Virus record (IMG/VR): IMGVR_UViG_2619619134_000014
DNA: 6,359 nucleotides
Source: a virus
Taxonomy: Duplodnaviria > Heunggongvirae > Uroviricota > Caudoviricetes
Direction: 5' to 3' (one strand)
Under the pieces are notes generated by a model, which saw nothing but the letters and a program-made list of their open reading frames with translations, was not told the DNA's origin and did no database searches. The stretch's first letter is position 1; each line of letters opens with the position of its first letter. Shown in pieces: positions 1-5,864 of this stretch. The position numbers were made by a program, and so were the translations under genes.

Positions 1-276
1 TTACCGACTGCGGCCTGAGTTTTTTAAGTGACGTAAAATCGTGTTGAGGCCAACGCCCATAATGCGGGCTGTTGCCCGGCATCCAACGCCATTCATGGCC
101 ATATCAATGATTTTCTGGTGCGTACCGGGTTGAGAAGCGGTGTAAGTGAACTGCAGTTGCCATGTTTTACGGCAGTGAGAGCAGAGATAGCGCTGATGTC
201 CGGCGGTGCTTTTGCCGTTACGCACCACCCCGTCAGTAGCTGAACAGGAGGGACAGCTGATAGAAACAGAAGCCAC
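1..276 (-). CDS. insA: IS1 InsA protein (91 aa)
   Basis: Translation [91 protein letters not shown] matches IS1 InsA from memory, including the zinc-finger-like CxxC...CxxC N-terminus and the HTH region. Confidence 0.95.
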
Positions 277-308
277 TGGAGCACCTCAAAAACACCATCA
301 TACACTAA

Positions 309-331
309 ATCAGTAAGTTGGCAGCATCACC
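309..331 (-). repeat. IS1 terminal inverted repeat (about 23 bp)
   Basis: Reverse complement of 309..331 is GGTGATGCTGCCAACTTACTGAT, matching the IS1 terminal inverted repeat as recalled. The transition to non-IS sequence is at 331/332. Confidence 0.85.
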
Positions 332-498
332 CGATGAACCATGAGAACGTCGTTGACGATGGCGTGCATTTTCCCGTCTTTATCATCAACGTATTTTCTG
401 ACCGTACCGCGACTACATTTCAGTCTGCGTGCTACTTCTGTCTGGTTTCCGTATGCTTCAACGAGCATGTCTGGAATGGTTTTTACTGAGAACGTCAT
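332..498 (-). pseudogene. ninH: ninH homologue, 3'-truncated by the IS1 insertion (first 56 codons intact)
   Basis: ORF 310..498 begins [56 protein letters not shown], matching lambda NinH (68 aa, from memory) up to residue 56. It then continues as VMLPTY-stop, which is encoded by IS1 terminal sequence. The ATG at 498 overlaps the ninG stop (ATGA). Confidence 0.8.
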
Positions 499-1106
499 GC
501 GGCCTCACTTCTGCTATTTCGCAGGTCTTTGAGTTTCTGCTGATACTCCGCCTTGATGGCCCTGCACTCTTCGACAGTCCAACGATGGCGGCTATGGTTT
601 GATTCGATTTCGTCTACTGCTTCCTGCCCGATGCGGCTAATCAGTTCGACGCGATACGGAACGAGATTTCCGCTTTTGTGCTGGTTGCACACCACGCATT
701 GCTTGTGAATATTGCGTTCATCAAATCGGAGTTGAGGTGCCGCAGCAGTTGTCCGGTAATGTCCGGCATCCCACTGAGCAGACGTGAGCGTTCCGCACGA
801 GATACATGGTAAGTCGCGGTCTCTTTCTCTGATGAAGGCGTTTACGGCTTTTTGGGCTTGTTTAATCCAGTAACTGCGGGGCTTTAAGGCGAGTTTTCGA
901 ATCTTAAGTTTATCTTTCTGTTTCTGCTCCTCTCGTCGTCGTTTCTTCTCTGCTGCCTTTTCCGCTTTTTCGCGTTCTTTGCTTCGTCGTTCGAGTGCTA
1001 TCTTTGTTCCACACTCTGGAGAGCACCACCACTGATTAGCGAATGCAGGGTGAAACCATTCCCGACATTCATCGTTTTTACATCGTCTTCGCGCTGGTTT
1101 AGCCAT
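495..1106 (-). CDS. ninG: NinG/Rap recombination-promoting protein (203 aa)
   Basis: Translation [41 protein letters not shown]... with a cysteine-rich N-terminus and a central lysine/glutamate-rich segment matches lambda NinG (Rap) as recalled. The gene sits between ninF and ninH as in lambda. Confidence 0.88.
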   Translation of the reverse strand: MAKPARRRCKNDECREWFHPAFANQWWCSPECGTKIALERRSKEREKAEKAAEKKRRREEQKQKDKLKIRKLALKPRSYWIKQAQKAVNAFIRERDRDLPCISCGTLTSAQWDAGHYRTTAAAPQLRFDERNIHKQCVVCNQHKSGNLVPYRVELISRIGQEAVDEIESNHSRHRWTVEECRAIKAEYQQKLKDLRNSRSEAA

Positions 1107-1275
1107 CGTCTTCTTCCTCGTACATTGAGCTATTCGGATCGCTCATCAGTTCTGCGCAGCAGTGCTCACACACGTGAACTTCCAGCACATGCAGCTTCTG
1201 ACCGCAGTTAGCGCACGTTAATGCCCGCTCGACGCTTTCTTTCTGGTATTGAAGGGATTGGGATGGGCTAAGCAT
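1102..1275 (-). CDS. ninF: NinF (57 aa)
   Basis: Not in the ORF track because it is under 60 aa. Manual translation of the minus strand from ATG at 1275 gives [58 protein letters not shown]-stop, with two CxxC pairs, matching lambda NinF as recalled. Its 3' end overlaps the ninG start. Confidence 0.82.
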
Positions 1276-1636
1276 TATTGGCGTCCTGAATCATGAGAAA
1301 TACAATCATGGCTGCGCGGAGAGGCGATTCACCGCAGAAGCAGTAGTCAGGAACCCAACAACCTTCCTCTAAATCACCTCCTGACCATGCGCACCATTCT
1401 TTTTCCGCTGTCATCCACATGGTGCTAATTTTGTTTTCAGTGATGATCGGATATGCGTCAGCGGCCATATTACATGGGTCGAAATATCCGCAAGGCAAAA
1501 ACTCACCACCATCAATTCCAGCCAAGTAAACTTCTTTCTTTTCTGGATCCCAGTCGTAATTGTTTTTTCCTAGCACGATATGCGCGACTTTTAAGTTAAT
1601 TTCAAAATCACTTAACTGTGAATAATCCATGGTCAT
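1268..1636 (-). CDS. NinX-like phage protein (about 122 aa) inserted between ninE and ninF
   Basis: ORF 1268..1672 minus. The likely start is ATG at 1636 ([44 protein letters not shown]...), preceded by GAGGAA and overlapping the ninE stop (ATGA). P22-type nin regions carry a ninX gene at this position; the family assignment is from memory and is not verified by alignment. Confidence 0.55.
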   Translation of the reverse strand: MTMDYSQLSDFEINLKVAHIVLGKNNYDWDPEKKEVYLAGIDGGEFLPCGYFDPCNMAADAYPIITENKISTMWMTAEKEWCAWSGGDLEEGCWVPDYCFCGESPLRAAMIVFLMIQDANNA

Positions 1637-1809
1637 TTCCTCGCACGTTCTCTTAGCCACCGGATATCCCACAGGTGAGCCGTGTAATTGAAGGTTTTTA
1701 CGTCAGATTCTTTTGGGATTGGCTTGCGTTTATTTCTGGAGTGTTTCGTTGGAAGGTATTTGCAGTTTTCACAGATTATGTCGGTGATACTTCGTCGCTG
1801 TCGTCTCAT
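1633..1809 (-). CDS. ninE: NinE (58 aa)
   Basis: Internal Met of ORF 1633..1854 gives [58 protein letters not shown], matching lambda NinE as recalled. The ATG at 1809 overlaps the stop of the upstream gene (ATGA). Confidence 0.8.
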   Translation of the reverse strand: MRRQRRSITDIICENCKYLPTKHSRNKRKPIPKESDVKTFNYTAHLWDIRWLRERARK

Positions 1810-2216
1810 TCGTACCTCCTGTCGGTAAATCTGACACCCTGACCAATAGCCCATGCTGTCGTGTACTCAATCAGACTTGCCATACGCTTCACACTCATCT
1901 GCGCGCTACTTTCGCGAATGTTGACGTATTCGCCTTCAAGGCCGGGCAAAACATCAGCTTCCTGCTTTGTTGCCACTGCATGACCGCTGATCAACAAAAC
2001 CTTCCATTGTTCCGGTTTTAACCATTTGCCGCACCATTGAACCTGACGTGCGATATCCGCCAGCATCGCGTGAAATTTTGCGTTCTGGTCAAGGTTGCGC
2101 TTGTAGTCAGTAATGCGGATGGTGACTGGCTTGTCTTTATCGAGTGGTGTTGCGAGGATGGCATTTATTGCAGCTTGCTGTTGTTGCTTAGTTCGGAGGA
2201 AGATTGTTTGCTTCAC
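1806..2216 (-). CDS. ninB: NinB-family (NinB/Orf-like) recombination mediator, GTG start (136 aa)
   Basis: Translation [79 protein letters not shown]... shares the conserved pattern of lambda NinB (..RSLDQNRKLWACLGDVSRQVEWHGRWL..ESWK..). AAGGAG lies 6 nt upstream of the GTG at 2216. Confidence 0.7.
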   Translation of the reverse strand: MKQTIFLRTKQQQQAAINAILATPLDKDKPVTIRITDYKRNLDQNAKFHAMLADIARQVQWCGKWLKPEQWKVLLISGHAVATKQEADVLPGLEGEYVNIRESSAQMSVKRMASLIEYTTAWAIGQGVRFTDRRYE

Positions 2217-2227
2217 TGAATACTCCT

Positions 2228-2413
2228 TTATTTTTTATGCCTGTAACCCCATTCTTCCAGCAACCTTGCGGCGTACCACCCAAGAAACAAAGGAAAGAAC
2301 ATTACAATGAGATATTCCCCGCCACGGTCAATGTTCGAAATTGACCAGATTACGATGTAACCAGTGCAGGACAGGAATATTACAAACCCCAAAAAGCTAC
2401 TTCGTCGACTCAT
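2228..2413 (-). CDS. small predicted membrane protein with two hydrophobic segments (61 aa from ATG 2413; the ORF track starts 2 codons earlier at GTG 2419)
   Basis: Translation MSRRSSFLGFVIFLSCTGYIVIWSISNIDRGGEYLIVMFFPLFLGWYAARLLEEWGYRHKK has two hydrophobic stretches of about 19 residues and a basic C-terminus. AAGGAG lies 5 nt upstream of ATG 2413, and the stop of the upstream gene (TGA 2416-2418) sits between that SD and the ATG. No family recognised. Confidence 0.5.
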   Translation of the reverse strand: MSRRSSFLGFVIFLSCTGYIVIWSISNIDRGGEYLIVMFFPLFLGWYAARLLEEWGYRHKK

Positions 2414-2415
2414 GC

Positions 2416-2742
2416 TCACTCCTTCACTTTGATTCCAGCAGCGCGGATGTTTTCCTCATAAGCATCCATTGCATCACCGAAGCCATTGGAATAATCAACA
2501 GTAAACCCTTTGGCTAATGCTTCTCTGCTGTCGATAAACTTTGGCGCGGTTATTTCAATAGCTGCTCGCGATGCCTGCCACGTTTGCCAGTGGCCTTGAA
2601 CATCGTCCATCACGTATTGACCACCAATATTACCGCTGCCAATTTCATGGTGATTTTCAGGGTAACGGATAAGGTCTGAAGATTCGCCTCCACGTCGCAA
2701 CCAACTTTCTTCAAACTGGCATCTGCTTTCGTCATCTTTCAT
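2416..2742 (-). CDS. hypothetical phage protein, probably N-terminally truncated (108 aa from ATG 2742; the frame stays open upstream to 2820 with no start codon)
   Basis: ORF 2416..2742 minus (MKDDESRCQFEESWLRRGGESSDLIRYPENHHEIGSGNIGGQYVMDDVQGHW...). The same frame is open for a further 26 codons upstream (YAAFNSAVGGGSTPWGEPIFIECDCL) with no ATG, GTG or TTG, and there is no Shine-Dalgarno before ATG 2742. This suggests the true N-terminus was lost at the junction near 2820. Family not recognised. Confidence 0.45.
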   Translation of the reverse strand: MKDDESRCQFEESWLRRGGESSDLIRYPENHHEIGSGNIGGQYVMDDVQGHWQTWQASRAAIEITAPKFIDSREALAKGFTVDYSNGFGDAMDAYEENIRAAGIKVKE

Positions 2743-2820
2743 AAGGCAGTCACATTCAATAAAAATCGGCTCTCCCCAAGGAGTAGAACCTCCGCCAACG
2801 GCGGAGTTGAATGCGGCATA

Positions 2821-3309
2821 TCAATCAAGATTGATTCCGAATGGGTAACCAAATGGGATGCTGCTGAAAACACGCAGGTAGAAGCCGTCAAAGGTGGTCG
2901 TTCCGGTGCAATGAAGCGCGCTGCCGTTCAGTGGGGAATCGGTCGGTATCTGTATAACCTTGAGGAAGGTTTCGCACAAACATCTCTCGACAAAAAGCAG
3001 GGATGGCACAGGGCAAAACTCAAGGATGGAACAGGATTTTACTGGCTCCCTCCATCGCTGCCGGGCTGGGCAATCCCAGCATCAGATAACAAACCATCAC
3101 CAGAAAATACCAACCAGAAATCTCCATCGGTTGACTGCGAACAAATCCTGAAAGACTTCAGCGATTATGCAGCGACAGAAACTGACAAGAAAAAACTCAT
3201 CGAGCGTTATCAGCGTGACTGGCAATTAATGGCTGGCAATGAGGATGCGCAGGCTAAATGCGTTCAGGTAATGAACATCAGAGTTAACGAGCTAAAACAG
3301 GCGGCATAA
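2821..3309 (+). pseudogene. erf: C-terminal fragment of a Rad52/Erf-like single-strand annealing protein (ORF from Met 2911 is 132 aa; protein-like frame is open from about 2821)
   Basis: The frame reads ...AVKGGRSGAMKRAAVQWGIGRYLY..., resembling the conserved KRA..FG.G motif region of Rad52/Sak-type annealing proteins. The C-terminus (CEQILKDFSDYAATETDKKKLIERYQRDWQLMAGNEDAQAKCVQVMNIRVNELKQAA) closely resembles the P22 Erf C-terminus as I recall it. The 150 or so residues that should precede the motif are absent, and upstream in-frame sequence before about 2821 is not protein-like. Confidence 0.6.
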
Positions 3310-3825
3310 ATGGCAAGCAGAGGCGTAAATAAGGTGATCATTATTGGTCGCCTTGGGCATGATCCAGAAATCAGATATTCACCATCAGGAACGGCATTTG
3401 CAAACCTTACAGTTGCTACGTCAGAACAATGGCGTGATAAGCAAACTGGAGAGCAAAAGGAGCAGACGGAGTGGCACCGCGTGGTAATGAGCGGGAAACT
3501 GGCAGAAATTGCCAGCGAATATCTGCGAAAAGGCTCTGAGGTTTATCTTGAAGGAAAATTGCGGACAAGAAAATGGCAGGATCAAAGCGGACAGGATAGG
3601 TTCACTACCGAAGTCATCGTGGGCGTTGGTGGAACCATGCAAATGCTTGGTGGCAAGCAAGGAGGCAATGAACAGTCTTCACCTCAGCGAAATAACGGTC
3701 AGCAACAAAGACAGCAATCTCAGCAGCAGGGGAATCACAGCGAACCACCTATGGATTTTGACGACGATATACCCTTTGCACCAGTAACTCTCCCCTTCCC
3801 TCGTCACGCTATTCACGCAATTTAA
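3310..3825 (+). CDS. ssb: single-stranded DNA-binding protein, phage-type, with a 15-residue extension beyond the canonical DDDIPF C-terminus (171 aa)
   Basis: Translation [115 protein letters not shown]... is near-collinear with E. coli SSB (OB fold, Gly/Gln-rich linker, [10 protein letters not shown] tail). The ATG at 3310 directly follows the erf stop (TAAATG). Confidence 0.95.
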   Translation: MASRGVNKVIIIGRLGHDPEIRYSPSGTAFANLTVATSEQWRDKQTGEQKEQTEWHRVVMSGKLAEIASEYLRKGSEVYLEGKLRTRKWQDQSGQDRFTTEVIVGVGGTMQMLGGKQGGNEQSSPQRNNGQQQRQQSQQQGNHSEPPMDFDDDIPFAPVTLPFPRHAIHAI

Positions 3826-3838
3826 TCAGGAGAAAATC

Positions 3839-4132
3839 ATGCCAGCGCCTCTGTATGGTGCGGACGACGCGCGCCGCTGTTCCGGCAATTCCGTATCAGA
3901 GGTGCTGGATAAATTCAGAAAAAACTACGATCGGATAATGTCGCTACCGCAGGAAACGAAAGAGGAAAAGGAATTTCGCCATTGTATATGGCTTGCAGAG
4001 AAAGAAGAACGCGAGCGGATTTACCAGACATCAATCCGACCATTCCGCAAAGCCACATATACCCACTTCCCTGAAATTGACCCGCGCCTGCGTAATTATC
4101 GATCACGCTATGGCGCTATCAGTAATGACTGA
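3839..4132 (+). CDS. hypothetical small phage protein (97 aa); possibly Abc2-like anti-RecBCD, unverified
   Basis: ORF with AGGAG 6 nt upstream of ATG 3839. Translation [97 protein letters not shown]. Its size and position downstream of the recombination genes are reminiscent of P22 abc2, but I cannot confirm sequence identity from memory. Confidence 0.6.
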   Translation: MPAPLYGADDARRCSGNSVSEVLDKFRKNYDRIMSLPQETKEEKEFRHCIWLAEKEERERIYQTSIRPFRKATYTHFPEIDPRLRNYRSRYGAISND

Positions 4133-4142
4133 GGAATTTACC

Positions 4143-4310
4143 ATGAGAGGACTTGCATACAATCCCGGCATTCTTCCGGCAGAAATGATTATTCGCCAAC
4201 GCGTAAAGCCAATGCCATCGAGAGAGGAATTGCTTAAAAGGAAGAGTTTCGGTTCTGTTAATGACAACAAATATCTGAATGCGATGTGGCGTAAAGGAGG
4301 CAAGCAGTGA
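4143..4310 (+). CDS. hypothetical small basic protein (55 aa)
   Basis: Internal ATG 4143 of track ORF 3993..4310, chosen because GAGGA lies 7 nt upstream and it starts just after the stop of the preceding gene. Translation [55 protein letters not shown]. Its stop overlaps the next gene's GTG start. Confidence 0.5.
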   Translation: MRGLAYNPGILPAEMIIRQRVKPMPSREELLKRKSFGSVNDNKYLNAMWRKGGKQ

Positions 4311-4606
4311 GTGTATGTCTTATTGATAAACGTCGACGTGGGCAACAAATACCATCTGTTGGAATGCCGAATCACACATGGTTTTGCGTACTTGATATCG
4401 ATGGTATGGATGCGTTGGTTGACACTCGTCATTACTGCGATACCGCAACAGCTACTCCGGCGAAAGCAAAGAAAATGGCTGCTCTGATAGAAAACTGGAC
4501 TCCACCTGATGGTTGGTGCAATGGGAATGATCGAGATTGGCATGAAAAAATGAAGGGCTATATCTGCGATTTCTTACGTAAATGCAACGGCTTCAGGGTG
4601 ATGTGA
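4307..4606 (+). CDS. hypothetical phage protein (99 aa, GTG start)
   Basis: AAAGGAGG lies 6 nt upstream of GTG 4307, which overlaps the upstream stop (GTGA). Translation [99 protein letters not shown]. No family recognised. Confidence 0.5.
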   Translation: MSVCLIDKRRRGQQIPSVGMPNHTWFCVLDIDGMDALVDTRHYCDTATATPAKAKKMAALIENWTPPDGWCNGNDRDWHEKMKGYICDFLRKCNGFRVM

Positions 4607-4607
4607 T

Positions 4608-5216
4608 ATGACCAAAATTAACTATCAGGCGCTGCGTGAAAAGGCAGAGAAAGCAACGAGTGGTGTGTGGTCGCTCGAATATGGAGAGGAGAGATTTGAT
4701 GCTGGTGATGCGCTAATTCATCGTGAAGTTGTTGGATATCTTCCCATTTGCAGAATTGAAGGAGCGCATCCTGAAAGCGGTTTCGATGAAGATTTCCAAA
4801 TGGAACAGCAGGCCAATGCTGAATTCATCGCCGCAGCCAATCCGGCTACCGTCTTGGCGCTGCTTGGCGAGCTGGAAGCAGCAAAAAAGCGCATAGCAGA
4901 ACTGGAAGCCGAACCTGTAAGCCAAACTTGCAAGTTGAACGAGCCATCGGGCAACTCTCCGGTAACTCCGGATGGTTGGGTTATAGTGCCGAAGAAACTA
5001 ACCGCTGAGAACGGCGCTAAGGGTGTGCTATCCGGTGAATTTTCAGAAACTACGTTTATAAGCTGCCCGGAATGCTTTGGTGATGATGATTGCGAAACTT
5101 GTGACGGCAGCGGGAGAATCGAAATCAAGGTTCCAGTCAGTTGGACAACTATCAAAACTATTTGGGCTAAAGGGTGTGAGTACTTTTCAATAGTAGCACC
5201 GCAGCAAGATGGGTGA
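4608..5216 (+). CDS. ead/Ea22-like protein with a C-terminal double-CxxC (CxxCxGxG-like) zinc-ribbon motif (202 aa)
   Basis: The N-terminal region (MTKINYQALREKAEKATSGVWSLEY ... ANAEFIAAANPATVLALLGELEAAKKRIAELEAEP) resembles the conserved N-terminus and coiled coil of lambdoid ead/Ea22-like proteins as I recall them. The C-terminus has CPECFGDDDCETCDGSGRIE. The start at 4608 follows the upstream stop by 1 nt. Confidence 0.55.
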   Translation: MTKINYQALREKAEKATSGVWSLEYGEERFDAGDALIHREVVGYLPICRIEGAHPESGFDEDFQMEQQANAEFIAAANPATVLALLGELEAAKKRIAELEAEPVSQTCKLNEPSGNSPVTPDGWVIVPKKLTAENGAKGVLSGEFSETTFISCPECFGDDDCETCDGSGRIEIKVPVSWTTIKTIWAKGCEYFSIVAPQQDG

Positions 5217-5303
5217 TGAAAACAAGTATTTATAACTTAAAAGCATTAAAAAATCGCTTATAGATCAAAAGAAATCTACGTCAAATATTACTATATTTCA
5301 ATG

Positions 5304-5312
5304 TGTTATAAT
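5304..5312 (+). promoter_or_regulatory. putative sigma70 extended -10 promoter element (TGtTATAAT) in an AT-rich intergenic region
   Basis: TGTTATAAT at 5304..5312 is a perfect -10 hexamer with the TGn extension, about 30 nt upstream of ATG 5343. No convincing -35 is present, consistent with an extended -10 promoter. The surrounding 5217..5340 is visibly AT-rich. Confidence 0.4.
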
Positions 5313-5342
5313 TACCCCGTACATAAAATGGGGGGACACAAA

Positions 5343-5585
5343 ATGTTCAAACGCTGCATCACCAAGTGTGGAAGCACACCTGACATCCAAGCTTTTATTA
5401 ATGAAGATGGTAAGCTTGTTGTTGAGAGGAGTGGTCCTTTTATTAGCAAACAACTTATCATTACCTCTCCAGCGGAGATGGCCGGGGAATGGATAGTTTC
5501 TGAACCAGAGGAGTTGCACATCCCGCTTCCTTATGGCCCTCAGGGACTGATTTATAACCGTTATGTTCAGAAGGAGGCGGGTTGA
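5343..5585 (+). CDS. hypothetical small protein (80 aa), moron-like
   Basis: Internal ATG of track ORF 5301..5585, with a G-rich SD-like GGGGGG about 7 nt upstream. Translation MFKRCITKCGSTPDIQAFINEDGKLVVERSGPFISKQLIITSPAEMAGEWIVSEPEELHIPLPYGPQGLIYNRYVQKEAG. No family recognised. Confidence 0.5.
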   Translation: MFKRCITKCGSTPDIQAFINEDGKLVVERSGPFISKQLIITSPAEMAGEWIVSEPEELHIPLPYGPQGLIYNRYVQKEAG

Positions 5586-5661
5586 CAATGTCAGGCATAA
5601 CATCGCCGAGAAATCGAAAGAAAAACAGAACAAGGTAAACGTTGACCTTGCAGCATCAGGC

Positions 5662-5844
5662 ATGGAGTACAGAGAGCGCCTTAACATACCTGTTATCACT
5701 GAGCAGGTATCATGAGAGCAACCTGAGCACTCACGCGAGTATTTCATGGAGCGCATCAGATACTATCGCGAGCAGTCGTTAAACATGCCCAAGGGAAGCA
5801 ACCCATGGTATATCGATATGGATGAACAGAACGCCAAGAAGTAA
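5662..5844 (+). pseudogene. small ORF interrupted by an in-frame TGA at 5713..5715 (about 60 codons if read through); candidate decayed gene
   Basis: Manual translation of one frame gives MEYRERLNIPVITEQVS-stop-EQPEHSREYFMERIRYYREQSLNMPKGSNPWYIDMDEQNAKK-stop. The same frame is open back to 5551. A second frame carries AAGGAGG (5571-5577) followed by ATG 5588 encoding only 16 basic residues (MSGITSPRNRKKNRTR). An intrinsic terminator follows. Confidence 0.35.
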
Positions 5845-5864
5845 ACGCAATTTGAACGAATGCG

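Larger units (their letters stand above)
1..331 (-). mobile_element. IS1 insertion sequence, partial (end carrying the terminal inverted repeat and insA; the insB side lies beyond the window start)
   Basis: Minus-strand ORF 1..276 translates to the canonical IS1 InsA sequence. Reverse complement of 299..331 reads GGTGATGCTGCCAACTTACTGATTTAGTGTATG, the IS1 terminus as I recall it. The window begins exactly at the insA stop codon, so the rest of the ~768-bp element is off-window. Terminus position is 331 +/- 1. Confidence 0.93.

Noticed and set aside
93-305. Minus-strand ORF (70 aa) overlapping insA inside IS1
   Set aside because: It is an alternative frame of the insA region. The IS1 insB frame lies beyond insA, outside this window, so this is not a known IS1 product and is most likely a spurious frame.
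341-532. Plus-strand ORF (63 aa) antisense to ninH/ninG
   Set aside because: It is fully antisense to two well-supported genes, has no RBS, and its translation is not protein-like.
2037-2310. Plus-strand ORFs 2037..2219 and 2113..2310 (Cys/Leu-rich)
   Set aside because: They are antisense to the NinB-like gene and the small membrane protein gene. Composition is low-complexity, consistent with shadow ORFs.
2680-2820. Upstream extension of the erf frame (plus strand) to the left of 2821
   Set aside because: The frame is open but has no start codon and its translation (RFASTSQPTFFKLASAFVIFHKAVTFNKNRLSPRSRTSANGG...) is not protein-like. The minus-strand frame here looks genuine instead.
2960-3151. 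Plus-strand ORF (63 aa) in an alternate frame within the erf fragment
   Set aside because: It overlaps the well-supported erf frame and its translation is low-complexity and His/Arg-rich. Shadow ORF.
3421-3787. ORFs 3421..3660 (-) and 3509..3787 (+) inside ssb
   Set aside because: They overlap the strongly supported ssb frame. Alternative-frame artefacts.
3915-4543. Minus-strand ORFs 3915..4106 and 4103..4543 (146 aa)
   Set aside because: They are antisense to the coupled small-gene cluster, which has SDs and overlapping stops and starts. The translations are Ser/Ile-rich and low-complexity, without an RBS.
4713-5155. Minus-strand ORFs 4713..4925 and 4718..5155 antisense to the ead/Ea22-like gene
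   Set aside because: Low-complexity Ser-rich translations that overlap a better-supported gene on the opposite strand.
5581-5648. Two GTTGAC(-like) -35 hexamers (5581-5588 and 5641-5648) as promoters
   Set aside because: No acceptable -10 hexamer lies 16-18 bp downstream of either, so they are unsupported as promoters.
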